A stretch of DNA of 64,000 bases from Anthoceros angustus (GCA_010909165.1 VJWM01000108.1:558001-622000), one strand, 5' to 3'. Numbered from the stretch's first letter, positions 37,498 through 52,184 are shown. Program-made: numbers and translations. The notes: a model not told the origin generated them from the letters alone.

Positions 37498-38360
37498 CGT
37501 ACCGCAGCTGCTGTGGGAAGATGGGGCTAACAACGGACTATGGTTAGTACCGTGCCCATCGACCACGCCACCCTGAAGGGTAGTGCACACGGTGTCGCAC
37601 TACCCATGGCCAAAGACAGCACAACCTGAAGGAAGAAAGTAGGTAGTCTAACGTGGTGGCCTAATACGGCTCAGTGGTGGAATGGATGTCATGATTTTAG
37701 ACCAGTGTTCAGGACCAGCGAATCGTACCCCAGTTTACACAAGCACAATTGTCCTAATTCCTAGTGGGTGGTCGTTTCTCCCGCTGTGTTTGCAGTGGGT
37801 GCTCTGCTTCATCCAGCCCCCATCGGCTTCAGCTCTCCAGATGCTTCGTTCAATGGAACAGGTGGGGTGGGTCTGTTGGCAGTCAGTGGTAAGAGGATGA
37901 GACACCTCTAACAGAAAGTGCTCGTAGACCTGACGGCGGACGTTGTCATCTTCGGAGATTTGGATTCTTCCGTGCAGAAGGTGGAGTCTATGAAAGTGAA
38001 GGGCACATGTATACTGAATTCGAGCTCGAGGACTACATCATAGACCTCATGCCACTGTCTGCAGATATATTACAATAATCCGAGTAACATAGCGCTTCTG
38101 TAGCGGATAACACCCCGTAAACTGGAATATTTGGTGCCAGGGACCCAGTGCCCCACAAAACATAGTGTCAGGTCACAGGCTGTGGTAAGACCAAAACCCA
38201 ATTGCCTACAGCTGCCATTTGGCACTCCTTGTAGAGCGCTTGTCGAAAGTGGAGTGCAGCACAGAGGTTTGTCTCATTGCGCCCACCTCCTTTAGGAATG
38301 ACTCCCGACTCCCACATGCAACAGTTCACCTTCTGCGCTCTGGCTAATTCTTATCCATTC

Positions 38361-41300
38361 TCACGGTCGACCCTTACAACTGCAACAACCAGCTGAGAAT
38401 CGATGCACACGATACCCATCCCTGACAACAATGTTTCTCTTCTCAACCCTTGATATGATCTCGGTCGAACTGTGGCAGTCACTGCACATGCGTAGATTCT
38501 TGGTTACCACCAGAGCTGTGCCACTGGGAGTGTTCAAGAGACCAAACGCCAGAGCTAGCTTCTCGGCATGTCCACAAAGCGCATCTTCCTTTTCCCTCTC
38601 ACCCAGTGGCTTCAACACCAACTTTGTGTGAGGTGTGTGGCCCCCTTCCTGCATCAGACGTGCACTCATGTTCTCCGTCTCGAGCGCAATATCAGGTTTG
38701 TTTTCGCCCACTACAAATGTAAGTACCTGCTTCTTCACCTCAATGCCCGCCACTGCAGGTTTCTTGATAGCTCTTGCTATCATCCTTTGTGCTTCAATCC
38801 TCTCTACATCGATCCACATACCTGCATCCGCATAGCAATTGGCCATGAGCACATACGCCGATGCACTCTGAGGATCCAGTCTAACAAGGCTTTCAAAACA
38901 CCGCGTTGCCCTCTCTACATCCCCGTGACTTTTGCAGGCATTCGGCAAAGCCGTCAACCCCACAACATTGCTTTGGTCATCACATGATGATAGCATATTC
39001 TCGGCCTCATCTAAATGGCCTGCACGCCCAAGAAGATCAATCATCCAAGTGTACTGCTCAATAGTAGGTTTGATGCCATGCTGTTTAACCATGGAATCAA
39101 AGTGCTTGCGGCCCTCATGTACGGGCCCCTCATGACTGCATGCGGCGAAAAGGCAAGTAAAAGTAGCATCAGGCTGAATACCAGCAACCAACATCTCCTC
39201 AAAACAAGCTAGTGCCTTGTGACCTTCATCACAAGTACCATACCCAGATATCAGGGCATTCCATGTCACCACATCCTTTGGCCAAACTGTCAAAACCTGG
39301 CGTGCATCTTCCAGTTCTCCACATTTTGCATACATGTTCACCAGGCAGGTTCCCAACACTACGTTATCCAGCAGTCCTCTTTCCACAATCTGTGAGTGCA
39401 GCTGCCTGCCCTTATGCAAGGCACCAGCGCTTGCACGGGCCTTCAGAAGGCAAGCGAAAGTTACATCGTCAGCCAGAATGAGGCACTCTTGCTCTACAGA
39501 ACAAGGGCCTCGTGGCCTAGTCCTTGCTGTGCATACCCAGCAATCAGGGCATTCCATATCACCACATCCTTCGAGGGCAGGCTGTCAAAAACCTGGCGTG
39601 CATCTTCCAGCTCGCCACATTTTGCGTACATGTCCACCAGGCAGTTTCCAACCAACAAGTCGGGAGGAATGCCACTGTGCAACGCATCACAGTGCACTTG
39701 TCTTCCAGATTCCAAATCGGCAGCAAATGCACAAGCTTGCAGGGCAGCTACAAACACATGTCCGCTTTCACTCTTGACCTGCGCATCTAATGGTACAGTT
39801 GTATGGCCTCATTAAGTTCCCATGCTTAGCATGAGCAGACATTATGGAAAACCACATGAAGGCATCTGGTTTGCCTACCCTGGTGAACACATCCATGGCC
39901 TCCTGCAGCCCACCTCCAGATGCATACATGCGCAAGATATGGTTCCCCAAGTATACATCCGACTCGTACCCAAGTTTGACGGTGAGATCATGAACTCGTC
40001 GCCCCACAACCAGATCCTTCTTAGCTGCACACAATTTTAGCACAGTGTACAACAGAGACTGAGAAATAGCAAGTCTGTCTGCGCCAGAGATTCCAGGGCT
40101 CCAACGGCCTCAGAAAGCTTCCTGCTGACATAACGTGCTCACGGTTACAGCCGTTACGACGCCCATTTCCGATCCTGCACCCGTGCCAGGTTGAGGACTA
40201 TCTGGAGAGCTCGACGAAGGAGAGGCACCATGACCCATCTGAATATCCAAAGAAACGAGCTGCTCATCAACCCAAGCTGGCTAAGCAAGCTGTTTAACCA
40301 TGGAATCAAAGTGCTTGCGGCCCTCATGTACGGGCCCCTCATGACTGCATGCGGCGAAAAGGCAAGTAAAAGTAGTATCATCAGGCTCACTACCAGCGAC
40401 TAACATCTCTTCAAAACAAGCTGCTGCGTTGCGACCTTCATCACAAGTACCATATCCAGCGATCAGGGCATTCCATGTCACCACGTTCTATCTGGCCAAA
40501 CTGTTAAACACCTGGCGTGCAACTTCAAGTTCTCCACATTTTGCATACATGTTCACCAGGCAGGTTCCCAACACTACGTTATCCAGCAGTCCTCTTTCCA
40601 CAATCTGTGAGTGCAGCTGCCTGCCCTTATGCAAGGCACCAGCGCTTGCACGGGCCTTCAGAAGGCAAGCGAAAGTTACATCGTCAGCCAAAATGAGGCC
40701 TCTTGCTCCATACAGAACAAGGGCCTCGTGGCCTAGTCCTTGCTGTGCATACCCAGCAATCAGGGCATTCCATGTCACCACATCCTTGTGCTGTCAAAAC
40801 CTGGCGTGCATCTTCCAGTTCGCCACATTTTGCATACATGTCCACCAGGCAGTTTCCAACAAACAAGTCGGGAGGAATGCCACTGTGCAACGCATCACAG
40901 TGCACTTGTCTTCCAGATTCCAAATCGGCAGCAAATGCACAAGCTTGCAGGGCAGCTACAAACACATGTCCGCTTTCACTCTTGACCTGCGCATCTCATG
41001 GTACAGTTGTATGGCCTCATTAGGTTTCCCATGCTTAGCATGAGCAGAGATTATGGAAAACCACATGAAGGCATCTGGTTTGCCTACCCTGGTGAACACA
41101 TCCATGGCCTCCTGCAGCCCACCTCCAGATGCATACATGCGCAAGATATGGTTCCCCAAGTATGCATCGACTCGTACCCAAGTTTGACGGTGAGATCATG
41201 AACTTGCCGCCCGACGACGAGATCCTTCTTAGCTGCACACAATTTTAGCACAGTGTACAACAGAGACTGAGAAATAGCAGAGTCTGTCTGCGCCAGAGAT

Positions 41301-41843
41301 TCCAGGGCTCCAAAGGCCTCAGAAAGCTTCCCTGCTGACATAACGCGCTCACGGTTACAGCCGTTACGACGCCCATTTCCGATCCTGCACGTGCCAGGTT
41401 GAGGACTATCTGGAGAGCTCGACGAAGGAGAGACACCAAGACCCATCTGAATATCCAAAGAAACAAGTTCCTCATCAACCCAAGCTGGCTAAGCAAGCTG
41501 TTTAACCACAGGACCTCGCCAGACCCCTTACGCCGGAAATCAGGCGAACGGAGCTCTTCTTATCTCTTCTGTTGTCCCACCACATGGTAGGATCCAGAAA
41601 AAATGTTGCCACAAGTGCTCCTGCTCCTGGCGACCCCATCGCTGGAGAATCCTCCCCACCCACACATTTTCCCGGAAGTGGAAGCGGAAGTGCTGGGCTC
41701 GTCATACTCCTGCACCTGGAGGCTTGGTTGTTTGCCACGGGTTCACTCCCTAAGGTGAGGTGAGCGGGAGCTCCTCGTAGAACCCCTGTACACAGAGCGA
41801 GTTGTTGGGTCCACAACGGGTCCGGTTGCCAAATTGTGGCCAT
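38361..41843 (-). CDS. PDF-PPR-DYW:KP (GRP) gene with frameshifts and an internal tandem duplication (junction 40289-40300)
   Basis: Leader MATIWQPDPLWTQQ, FFLDPTMWWDNRRDKK, PLS repeats, KKPAVAGIEV...HAEKLA...CSCKGRP. Indels lie mostly in homopolymers. Confidence 0.7.
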
Positions 41844-42606
41844 CGTTCAGGGACCGCTGTCGGAAGAGGGGCACAACAAATTATGGCAGAATGCGTAGGC
41901 ATGCATGATCACACCACCCGGAAGACAGATTCTTGGCACCCATGGCGAAAGCCAGTAGAACAAAATGGCACATGGTTGCCAAATAGATGTCATGACTTTC
42001 CACGAGTGTTTTAGCAACGAATGCTCTCCCAATCGTACCACATTTTACACAAGCACCATTCCCTAAGACCCTAAACCCTTAGTCTGGTCGTTTTTCGAGC
42101 TGGGTGCCTTTGCCATCGATGCTCCATCGGATTCAACACTCAATAGACTTCGTGCAATGCAAGCTTTGCAAATCGGAGGGGGTCTTAGTCATGTACGAAT
42201 CGGCATCGACAGGTTTCACAGATATATGGACTGCTAATCAGATGCCTGCCTTCCCTTCCCTTCAAGTCCAGGGAGGCAAGCAAATCAGAGATCCCATGGC
42301 AATGATGCAAGCAGAGCTGTTCCGTGGTGCTGCCGCCGCCGGGAAAAGTTGCGGCTACTCAGCCGCATGTCGGGTTTGCGCTTCCGCACTTGCCCAAGTG
42401 GGAGGCGGCCAAGCCTCCCAACGGAATGAAGAAATAGGGACAGGAGCAGCTGTGGCATCGCTTCTTCCAGGATCCCTCAGACTGGTTGGGTAACAAACCG
42501 GATAAAACGGGTCTCACGCATTCTGATTTCAGGCACAGGTCCTTGAACATGGCCACAGTATTACAACCGGACCCATTGTGGACCCAACAAAATGAATGTT
42601 TTGCAG

Positions 42607-44311
42607 GATTCCAAATCGGCAGCAAATGCACAAGCTTGCAGGGCAGCTACAAACACATGTCCGCTTTCACTCTTGACCTGCGCATCTAATGGTACAGTTG
42701 TATGGCCTCATTAAGTTCCCCGTGCTTAGCATGAGCAGACATTATGGAAAACCACATGAAGGCATCTGGTTTGCCTACCCTGGTGAACACATCCATGGCC
42801 TCCTGCAGCCCACCTCCAGATGCATACATGCGCAAGATATGATTCCCCAAGTATACATCCGACTCGTACCCAAGTTTGACGGTGAGATCATGAACTTGCC
42901 GCCCGACGACGAGATCCTTCTTAGCTGCACACAATTTTAGCACAGTGTACAACAGAGACTGAGAAATAGCAAGTCTGTCTGCGCCAGAGATTCTAGAGCT
43001 CCAAAGGCCTCAGAAAGCCTCCCCTGCATACATAACGCGCTCACGGTTACAGCCGTCACGACGCCGATTTCCGATCCTGCACCCGTGCCAGGTTGAGGAC
43101 TATCTGGAGAGCTCGACGAAGGAGAGACACCAAGACCCATCTGAATATCCAAAGAAACAAGTTCCTCATCAACCCAAGCTGGCTAAGCAAGCTGTTTAAC
43201 CACAGGACCTCGCCAGACCCCTTACGCCGGAAATCAGGCGAACGGTACCTCTTCTTATCTCTTCTGTTGTCCCACCACATGGTAGGATCCAGAAAGAAAT
43301 GTTGCCACAAGTGCTCCTGCTCCTGGCGACCCCCATCGCTGGAGAATCCCTCCCCACCCACACATTTTCCCGGAAGTGGAAGCGGAAGTGCTGGGCTCGT
43401 CATACTCCTGCACCTGGAGGCTTGGTTGTTTGCCACGGGTTCACTCCCTAAGGTGAGGTGAGCGGGAGCTCCTCGTAGAACCCCTGTACACAGAGCGAGT
43501 TGTTGGGTCCACAACGGGTCCGGTTGCCAAATTGTGGCCATCGTTCAGGGACCGCTGTCGGAAGAGGGGCACAACAAATTATGGCAGAATGCGTAGGCAT
43601 GCATGATCACACCACCCGGAAGACAGATTCTTGGCACCCATGGCGAAAGCCAGTAGAACAAAATGGCACATGGTTGCCAAATAGATGTCATGACTTTCCA
43701 CGAGTGTTTTAGCAACGAATGCTCTCCCAATCGTACCACATTTTACACAAGCACCATTCCCTAAGACCCTAAACCCTTAGTCTGGTCGTTTTTCGAGCTG
43801 GGTGCCTTTGCCATCGATGCTCCATCAGTTCAACACTCAATAGACTTCGTGCAATGCAAGCTTTGCAAATCGGAGGGGGTCTTAGTCATGTACGAATCGG
43901 CATCGACAGGTTTCACAGATATATGGACTGCTAATCAGATGCCTGCCTTCCCTTCCCTTCAAGTCCAGGGAGGCAAGCAAATCAGAGATCCCATGGCAAT
44001 GATGCAAGCAGAGCTGTTCCGTGGTGCTGCCGCCGCCGGGAAAAGTTGCGGCTACTCAGCCGCATGTCGGGTTTGCGCTTCCGCACTTGCCCAAGTGGGA
44101 GGCGGCCAAGCCTCCCAACGGAATGAAGAAATAGGGACAGGAGCAGCTGTGGCATCGCTTCTTCCAGGATCCCTCAGACTGGTTGGGTAACAAACCGGAT
44201 AAAACGGGTCTCACGCATTCTGATTTCAGGCACAGGTCCTTGAACATGGCCACAGTATTACAACCGGACCCATTGTGGACCCAACAAATGAATGTTTTTG
44301 CAGGGATTCCA
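42607..44311. repeat. ~1.7-kb tandem duplication of 40915-42613, including a 5'-partial PDF-PPR gene (43541-42610, -) and the divergent spacer
   Basis: Near-identical sequence; junction microhomology GATTCCA. Confidence 0.85.
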
Positions 44312-47300
44312 CAAGAAGCTCCCGCTCATCTCACCTTAGGGAGTCAACCTGTAGCAAACAACCAAGCCTCCAGGTGCAGCACTTTAAGGAGCCCAGCACT
44401 TTCACTTCTGAGAAAATGTGAGGATGCGGGTGGATTTTCCCGCTGTGATCGTCGTCAGGAGCAGGAGCACTTGTGGCAGCAATTTTTTCTGGAGCCTACA
44501 GTGTGGTGGGACAACAGACGAGATAAGAAGAGCTCCCATTTGCCTGACTTCCGGCGTAAGGGGTCCGGCGAGGTCCTGTGGTTAAACAGCATGCTCAAGC
44601 CAGCTTGGGTTGATGAGCAGCTCGTTTTTTTGGATAAACAGATGGGTCATGGAGCCTCTCGTTCCAAGTTGAGCTCTCCGGATAAGACTGAACCTGGCAC
44701 GCGTGCAGGATCGGAAGTGGGCGTCGTAACCGTGCGCACCTTATGTCAGCAGGGGAAGCTTTCTGAGGCCGTTGGAACCCTGGAATCTCTGGCGCAGACC
44801 GATTCTCCTATATCTCAGTCTCTGTTTTACACCGTGCTAAAACTGTGTGCAGCTCAGAAGGATCTGGTTGTGGGTCGACGGGTTCATGAACTCATTGTCA
44901 CACTTGGGTACGAGTCGGATGCATACTTGGGGAACCATATCTTGCGCATGTATGCATCTGGAGGTAGGCTGCAGCTGGCCATGGATGTGTTCACCAGGGT
45001 GGGCAAACCGAATGCCTTCATGTGGTTTTCCATAATTTCTGCGCATGCTAAGCATGGGAAACCTAATAAAGCCATAAAGCTGTATCATGAGATGCGTAGG
45101 GCAGGAGTGAAGGCGGATGCTCACGTCTTTGTAGCTGCCCTTCAAGCTTGTGCATTTGGCTTCGACTTGGAATCTGGCAGAAAAGTGCACTGTGATGTGT
45201 TGCACAGTGGCATTCCCCTTGACTTAGTTGTTGGCAACTCCCTGGTGAACATGTATGCAAAATGTGGCGAACTGGAAGATGCACGCCAGGCCTTTGACAT
45301 CTTGGCCACAAAAGATGTGGTGACTTGGAATGCCCTGATGCTGGGTATGCACAACAGGGCTTGGCCAAGAGGCGCTTGTTCTGTATGGACAAATGGAGCA
45401 GGAGGGCCTGATTTTGGCTGACCATGTTACTTTTGCTTGCCTTCTGAAGGCCTGTGCAAGCGCTGGTGCCTTACAGAAGGGCAGGCAGCTGCACTCACAG
45501 ATTGTGGAAAGAGGACTGCTGAACATAGTGGTGGGCAACTGCCTGGTGGACATGTATGCAAAATGTGGTGAACTGGAAGATGCACGCCAGGTTTTTGACA
45601 GCTTGGCCACAAAGGATGTGGTGACATGGAATGCCCTGATTGCTGGGTATGCACAGCAAGGGCTCGGACATGAGGCGCTTGTTCTGTATGGACAAATGGA
45701 GCAGGAGGGCCTGATTTTGGCTAACCATGTTACTTGCCTTCTGAAGGCCTGTGCAAGCACTGGTGCCTTACAGAAGGGCAGGCAGCTGCACTCACTGATA
45801 GTCGAAAGAGGACTGCTGGATAACGTAGTGCTGGGCAACTGCCTGGTGGACATGTATGCAAAATGTGAACTGGAAGATGCATGCCAGGTTTTTGACAGCT
45901 TGGCCACAAAGGATGTGGTGACATGGAATGCCCTGATTGCTGGGTATGCACAGCAAGGGCTCGGCCAAGAGGCGCTTGTTCTGTATGGACAAATGGAGCA
46001 GGAGGCCTGATTTTGGCTAACCATGTTACTTTTGCTTGCCTTCTGAAGGCCTGTGCAAGCACTGGTGCCTTACAGAAGGGCAGGCAGCTGCACTACAGAT
46101 TGTGAAGAGGACTGCTGGTAACATATTGTTGGGCAACTGCCTGGTGGACATGTATGCAAAATGTGGTGAACTGGAAGATGCACGCCAGGTTTTTGACAGC
46201 TTGGCCACAAAGGATGTGGTGACATGGAATGCCCTGATAGCTGGGTATGCACAGCAAGGACTTGGCCAAGAGGCGCTTGTTCTGTATGGACAAATGGAGC
46301 AGGAGGCCTGATTTTGGCTAACCATGTTACTTTTGCTTGCCTTCTGAAGGCCTGTGCAAGCACTGGTGCCTTACAGAAGGGCAGGCAGCTGCACTACAGA
46401 TTGTGAAGAGGACTGCTGGTAACATATTGTTGGGCAACTGCCTGGTGGACATGTATGCAAAATGTGGTGAACTGGAAGATGCACGCCAGGTTTTTGACAG
46501 CTTGGCCACAAAGGATGTGGTGACATGGAATGCCCTGATAGCTGGGTATGCACAGCAAGGACTTGGCCAAGAGGCGCTTGTTCTGTATGGACAAATGGAG
46601 CAAGAGGGCCTCATTTTGGCTGACCATGTTACTTTTGCTTGCCTTCTGAAGGCCTGTGCAAGCACTGGTGCCTTACAGAAGGGCAGGCAGCTGCACTCAG
46701 ATTGTGAAGAGGACTGGTAACATATTGTTGGGCAACTGCCTGGTGGACATGTATGCAAAATGTGAACTGAAGATGCACCAGGTTTTTGACAGCACCACAA
46801 AGGATGTGGTGACATGGAATGCCCTGATTGCTGGGTATGCACAGCAAGGACTCGGCCAAGAGGCGCTTGTTCTGTATGGACAAATGGAGCAAGAGGGCCT
46901 CATTTTGGCTGACATGTTACTTTTGCTTGCCTTCTGAAGGCCTGTGCAAGCACTGGTGCCTACAGAAGGGCAGGCATCTGCACTTACAGATTGTAGAAAG
47001 AGGACTTCTAGGTAACATATTGTTGAGCAACTGCCTGGTGGACATGTATGCAAAATGTGGCAAACTGAAGATGCACCAGGTTTTCACAGCTTGACCACAA
47101 AGGATGTGGTGACATGGAATGCCCTGATAGCTGGATATGCACAGCAAGGACTTGGCCAGAGGCGCTTGTTCTGTATGGAGAAATGGAGCAAGAGGGCCTC
47201 ATTCTTCCTGATCATGTTACTTTTGCTTGCCTTCTGAAGGCCTGTGCAAGCACTGGTGCCTACAGAAGGGAGGCAGCTGCATTCACTGATTGTAGAAAGA

Positions 47301-50300
47301 GGCAGTTGGACATATGGTTGGGCAACTGCCTGGTGGACATGTATGCAAAATGTGGTGAACTGGAAGATGCACGCCAGGTTTTTGACAGCTTGGCCACAAA
47401 GGATGTGGTGACATGGAATGCCCTGATTGCTGGGTATGCACAGCAAGGGCTCGCCAAGAGGCGCTTGTTCTGTATGGACAAATGGAGGAAGATGGCCTGA
47501 TTTTGGCTAACCATGTTACTTTTGCTTGTCTTCTGAAGGCCTGTTCAAGCACTGGTGCCTTACAAAGGGCAGGCATCTGCACTCAGATTGTGAAGAGGAC
47601 TTCTGGTAACATATTGTTGAGCAACTGCCTGGTGGACATGTATGCAAAATGTGGTGAACTGAAGATGCACACCAGGTTTTTCACAGCTTGACCACAAAGG
47701 ATGTGGTGACATGGAATGCCCTGATAGCTGGATATGCACAGCAAGGACTTGGCCAAGAGGCGCTTGTTCTGTATGGAGAAATGGAGCAAGAGGGCCTCAT
47801 TCTTCCTGATCATGTTACTTTTGCTTGCCTTCTGAAGGCCTGCGCAAGCACTTGTGCCCTACAGAAGGGGAGGCAGCTGCATTCACTGATTGTAGAAAGA
47901 GGGCAGTTGGACATATGGTTGGGCAACTGCCTGGTGGATATGTATGCAAAATGTGGTGAACTGGGGGATGCACACCAGGTTTTTGACAGCTTGGCCTCAA
48001 AGGATGTAGTGACATGGAATGCTGTCATAGCCGGGTATGCACAGCAAGGGCTCGGCCAAGAGGCATTTGTTCTGTATGGTCAGATGGAGGAAGATGGCCT
48101 GATTTTGGCTAACCATGTTACTTTTGCTTGCCTTCTAAGAGCCTGTGCAAGCACTGGTGCCTTACAGAAGGGCAGGGAGCTGCATGCACAAGTTGTGGAA
48201 AGAGGACTGCTGGATAACGTAGTGTTGGGCAACTGCCTGGTGGACATGTATGCAAAATGTGGCGAACTGGAAGATGCACGCCAGGCCTTTGACATCTTGG
48301 CCACAAAAGATGTGGTGACTTGGAATGCAATGTTAACCGGGTATGCACAACAGGGGCTTGGCCAAGAGGCGCTTGTTCTTTATGGACAAATGGAGCAAGA
48401 GGGCCTAGTTTTGGCTGACCATGTTACTTTTGCTTGCCTTCTGAATGCCTGTGCAAGCGCTGGGGCGTTACAGAAGGGCAGGCAGCTGCACTCACAGATT
48501 GTGGAACGAGGACAGCTAAAGAACATAGTGGTGGGCAACTGCCTGGTGGACATGTATGCAAAATGTGGCCAACTGAAGGATGCACGCCAGGTTTTTGACA
48601 GCTTGGCCACAAAGGATGTGGTGACATGGAATGCCCTGATAGCTGGGTATGCACAGGAAGGACTTGGTGAAGAGGCACTTGTTTTGTATGGACAAATGGA
48701 GCAAGAGGGCCTGCTTGTGCCTAATCATGTTACGTTCGCTTCCCTTCTAAAGGCCTGCGCAAGCACGGGTGCCATACAGAAGGGCAGGCAGCTGCATGTA
48801 CAGATTGTCGAAAGAGGACAGCTGGAGGACATAGTGTTGGGCAACTGCCTGGTGGACATGTATGCAAAATGTGGTGAACTGGAAGAGGCATGCCAGGTTT
48901 TTGAAAGCTTGGCCACAAAGGATGTTGTGACATGGACAGTGCTGATAGCTGGGTATGCCCAGCAAGGGCTCGGACATGAGGCGCTTGCACTGTATGGGCA
49001 GATGGAGCAGGACGGCCTGATCGTGGCTAATCATGTTACTTTTGCTTGTCTTCTGAAGGCCTGTTCAAGCACTGGTGCCTTACAAATGGGCAGGCATCTG
49101 CACTTACAGATTGTAGAAAGAGGACTTCTAGGTAACATATTGTTGAGCAACTGCCTGGTGGACATGTATGCGAAATGTGGCAAACTGAAAGATGCACACC
49201 AGGTTTTTCACAGCTTGACCACAAAGGATGTGGTGACATGGAATGCCCTGATAGCTGGATATGCACAGCAAGGACTTGGCCAAGAGGCGCTTGTTCTGTA
49301 TGGAGAAATGGAGCAAGAGGGCCTCATTTTGGCTGACCATGTTACTTTTGCTTGCCTTCTGAAGGCCTGTGCAAGCACTGGTGCCTTACAGAAGGGCAGG
49401 CAGCTGCATTCACTGATTGTGGAAGAGGACTGCTGGACATATGGTTGGGCAACTGCCTGGTGGACATGTATGCAAAATGTGGTGAACTGGAAGATGCACG
49501 CCAGGTTTTTGACAGCTTGGCCACAAAGGATGTGGTGACATGGAATGCCCTGATTGCTGGGTATGCACAGCAAGGGCTCGCCAAGAGGCGCTTGTTCTGT
49601 ATGGACAAATGGAGGAAGATGGCCTGATTTTGGCTAACCATGTTACTTTTGCTTGCCTTCTGAAGGCCTGTGCAAGCACTGGTGCCTTACAGAAGGGCAG
49701 GCAGCTGCACTCACAGATTGTGGAAGAGGACTGCTGGATAACGTAGTGTTGGGCAACTGCCTGGTGGACATGTATGCAAAATGTGGCGAGCTGGCTGTTG
49801 CACGCCAGGTATTTGACAGCTTGGCCACAAAGAATGTGGTGACATGGAATTCTCTCATAGCTGGCTGTGGTACTTGTGATGAAGGGCATACAGCAGTAGC
49901 TTGTTTTGAAGAGATGTTAGTCGCCGGTATTCAGCCAGATAATACTACTTTTACTTGCCTTCTAGCAGCATGCAGTCATGAAGGGCTGGTTCATGAGGGT
50001 CGCAAGCACTTTGATTCCATGGCTGATCATGGCATCAAACCTACTATTGAACATTACTGTTGCATGATTGATCTTCTTGGGCGTGCAGGCCATTTAGATG
50101 AGGCAGAGAACATGCTACTATCCTGTGAGGACCAGAGCAATGTTGTGGGGTTGACAGCTTTGCTGAATGCCTGCAAGAGTCATGGGGATGTAGACAGGGC
50201 GAGGCGTTGTTTTGAAAGTCTAGTGAGACTGGAGCCTCAGAGTGCATCCGCCTATGTGCTCATGGCCAATGCCTATGCCGATGCAGGTAGGTGGACGGAT

Positions 50301-50742
50301 GTTGAGAGGATAGAAAAACAGAGAACTGTAGCTAGGGCTAACAAGAAACCTGCAGTGGCGACCATCGAGGTAAAGAAGCAGGTACATACATTTGGTGGGA
50401 GAAAGAAGAGATGACATTGCGCTCAAGGTAGAGCACAAATGCACGTCTGAAGCAGGAAGGGGCCATGTACCTCACACACAGTTGGTGTTAAAGCCACTGG
50501 GTGAGAAGGAAAAGGAAGATGTGCTTTGCGGGCATGCTGAGAAGCTAGCTCTGGCATTTGGTCTCTTGAACACTCCGAGTGGCACACCTCTGGTGGTAAC
50601 CAAGAATCTACGCATGTGCAGTGACTGCCACAGTTCGACCGAGATCATGTCAAGAGTTGAAAAGAGAGAGATTGTTGTACGAGATGGGTACCGTGTGCAT
50701 CGATTTGCAGCTGGTGGTTGCAGTTGTAAGGGTCGACTGTGA
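44246..50742 (+). CDS. Very long PDF-PPR-DYW:KP gene (ends GRL), ~17 PLS triplets, many 1-bp frameshifts
   Basis: Leader MATVLQPDPLWTQQ; PDF at 44456-44635; 16 (V/N)xMYAKC(G) S-motifs at ~300-bp period from 45250 to 49770; KKPAVATIEV, HAEKLA, CSCKGRL. Confidence 0.7.
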
Positions 50743-50846
50743 GAATGAAGAAGAACTAGGCAAGCGCAGGTGAACTGTTAACAACACGCGGGAGACGGAG
50801 ACATTCAATGGGAGGTGATTGTCATCATATAGAGGACTTTGCTGTG

Positions 50847-52184
50847 CTCACTGATTGTGGAAAGAGGGCAGTTGGACATATGGTTGGGCAACTGCCTGGT
50901 GGACATGTATGCAAAATGTGGTGAACTTGGAGATGCACGCCAGGTTTTTGACAGCTTGGCCTCAAAGGATGTGGTGACATGGAATGCCCTCATGACTGGG
51001 TATGCACAGCAAGGGGTCGGCCAAGAGGCACTTGTTCTGTACGGACAAATGGAGCAAGACGGCCTGATTTTGCCTAACCATGTTACTTTTGCCTGCCTGC
51101 TCAAGGCCTGTGCAAGCAGTGCTGCCTTACAGATGGGCAAGCAGCTGCACTCACAGATTGTGGAAAGAGGATTGCTGGATAACATCATGTTGGGCAACTG
51201 CCTGGTGGACATGTATGGAAAATGTGGCGAACTGGAAGTTGCACGCCAGGTTTTTGACAGCTTGGCCACAAAGGATGTGGTGACATGGAATGCCTGATAG
51301 CTGGGTATGGTACTTGTGATGAAGGTCATACAGCACTAGCTTGTTTTGAGGAGATGTTAGTTGCCGGTATTCAGCCTGATGATGCTACTTTTACTTGCCT
51401 TCTAGCAGCATGCAGTCATGAGGGACTGGTTCATGAGGGTCGCAAGCACTTTGATTCCATGGCTGAGCATGGCATCAAACCTACTATTGAGCATTACTGT
51501 TGCATGATTGATCTTCTTGGGCGTGCAGGCCATTTAGATGAGGCAGAGAACATGCTACTATCCTGTGAGGACCAAAGCAATGTTGTGGGGTTGACATCTT
51601 TGCTGAATGCCTGCAAAAGTCACGGGGATATAGACAGGGCGAGGCGTTGTTTTGAAAGTCTAGTGAGACTGGAGCCTCAGAGTGCATCCGCCTATGTGCT
51701 CATGGCCAATGCCTATGCCGATGCAGGTAGGTGGACGGATGTTGAGAGGATAGAAAAACAGAGAACTGTAGCTAGGGCTAACAAGAAACCTGCAGTGGCG
51801 ACCATCGAGGTAAAGAAGCAGGTACATACATTTGCAGTGGGAGAAAGAAGAAATGACATTGCGCTCAAGGTAGACAGCACAAATGCACGTCTACAGGAAA
51901 GGGGCCATGTACCCCACACGACGTTGGTGTTAAAGCCAATGTGTGAGAAGGAAAAGGAAAATGTGCTTTGCGGGCATGCAGAAAAGCTTGCTCTGGCATT
52001 TGGTCTCTTAAACACTCCGAGTGGTACACCTCTGCTGGTAACCAAGAATCTGCGCATGTGCAGTGACTGTCACAGTTCCACGGAGATCATGTCAAGGGTT
52101 GAAAAGAGAGAAATTGTTGTAAGGGATGGGTACCGTGTGCATCGATTTGCAGCTGGTGGTTGCAGTTGTAAGGGTCGACTGTGA
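50847..52184 (+). pseudogene. 3'-partial tandem duplicate: last PLS repeats plus E-DYW:KP (GRL), no 5' end
   Basis: Starts at a CTCACT microhomology in the 3' flank of the preceding gene. DYW is intact in ORF 51285-52184. Confidence 0.72.

Noticed and set aside
38361-50742. Programmed frameshifting or wholesale pseudogenisation of the PPR genes
   Set aside because: The indels are mostly 1-bp losses in short homopolymers, the typical long-read error pattern, so neither can be claimed without reads.
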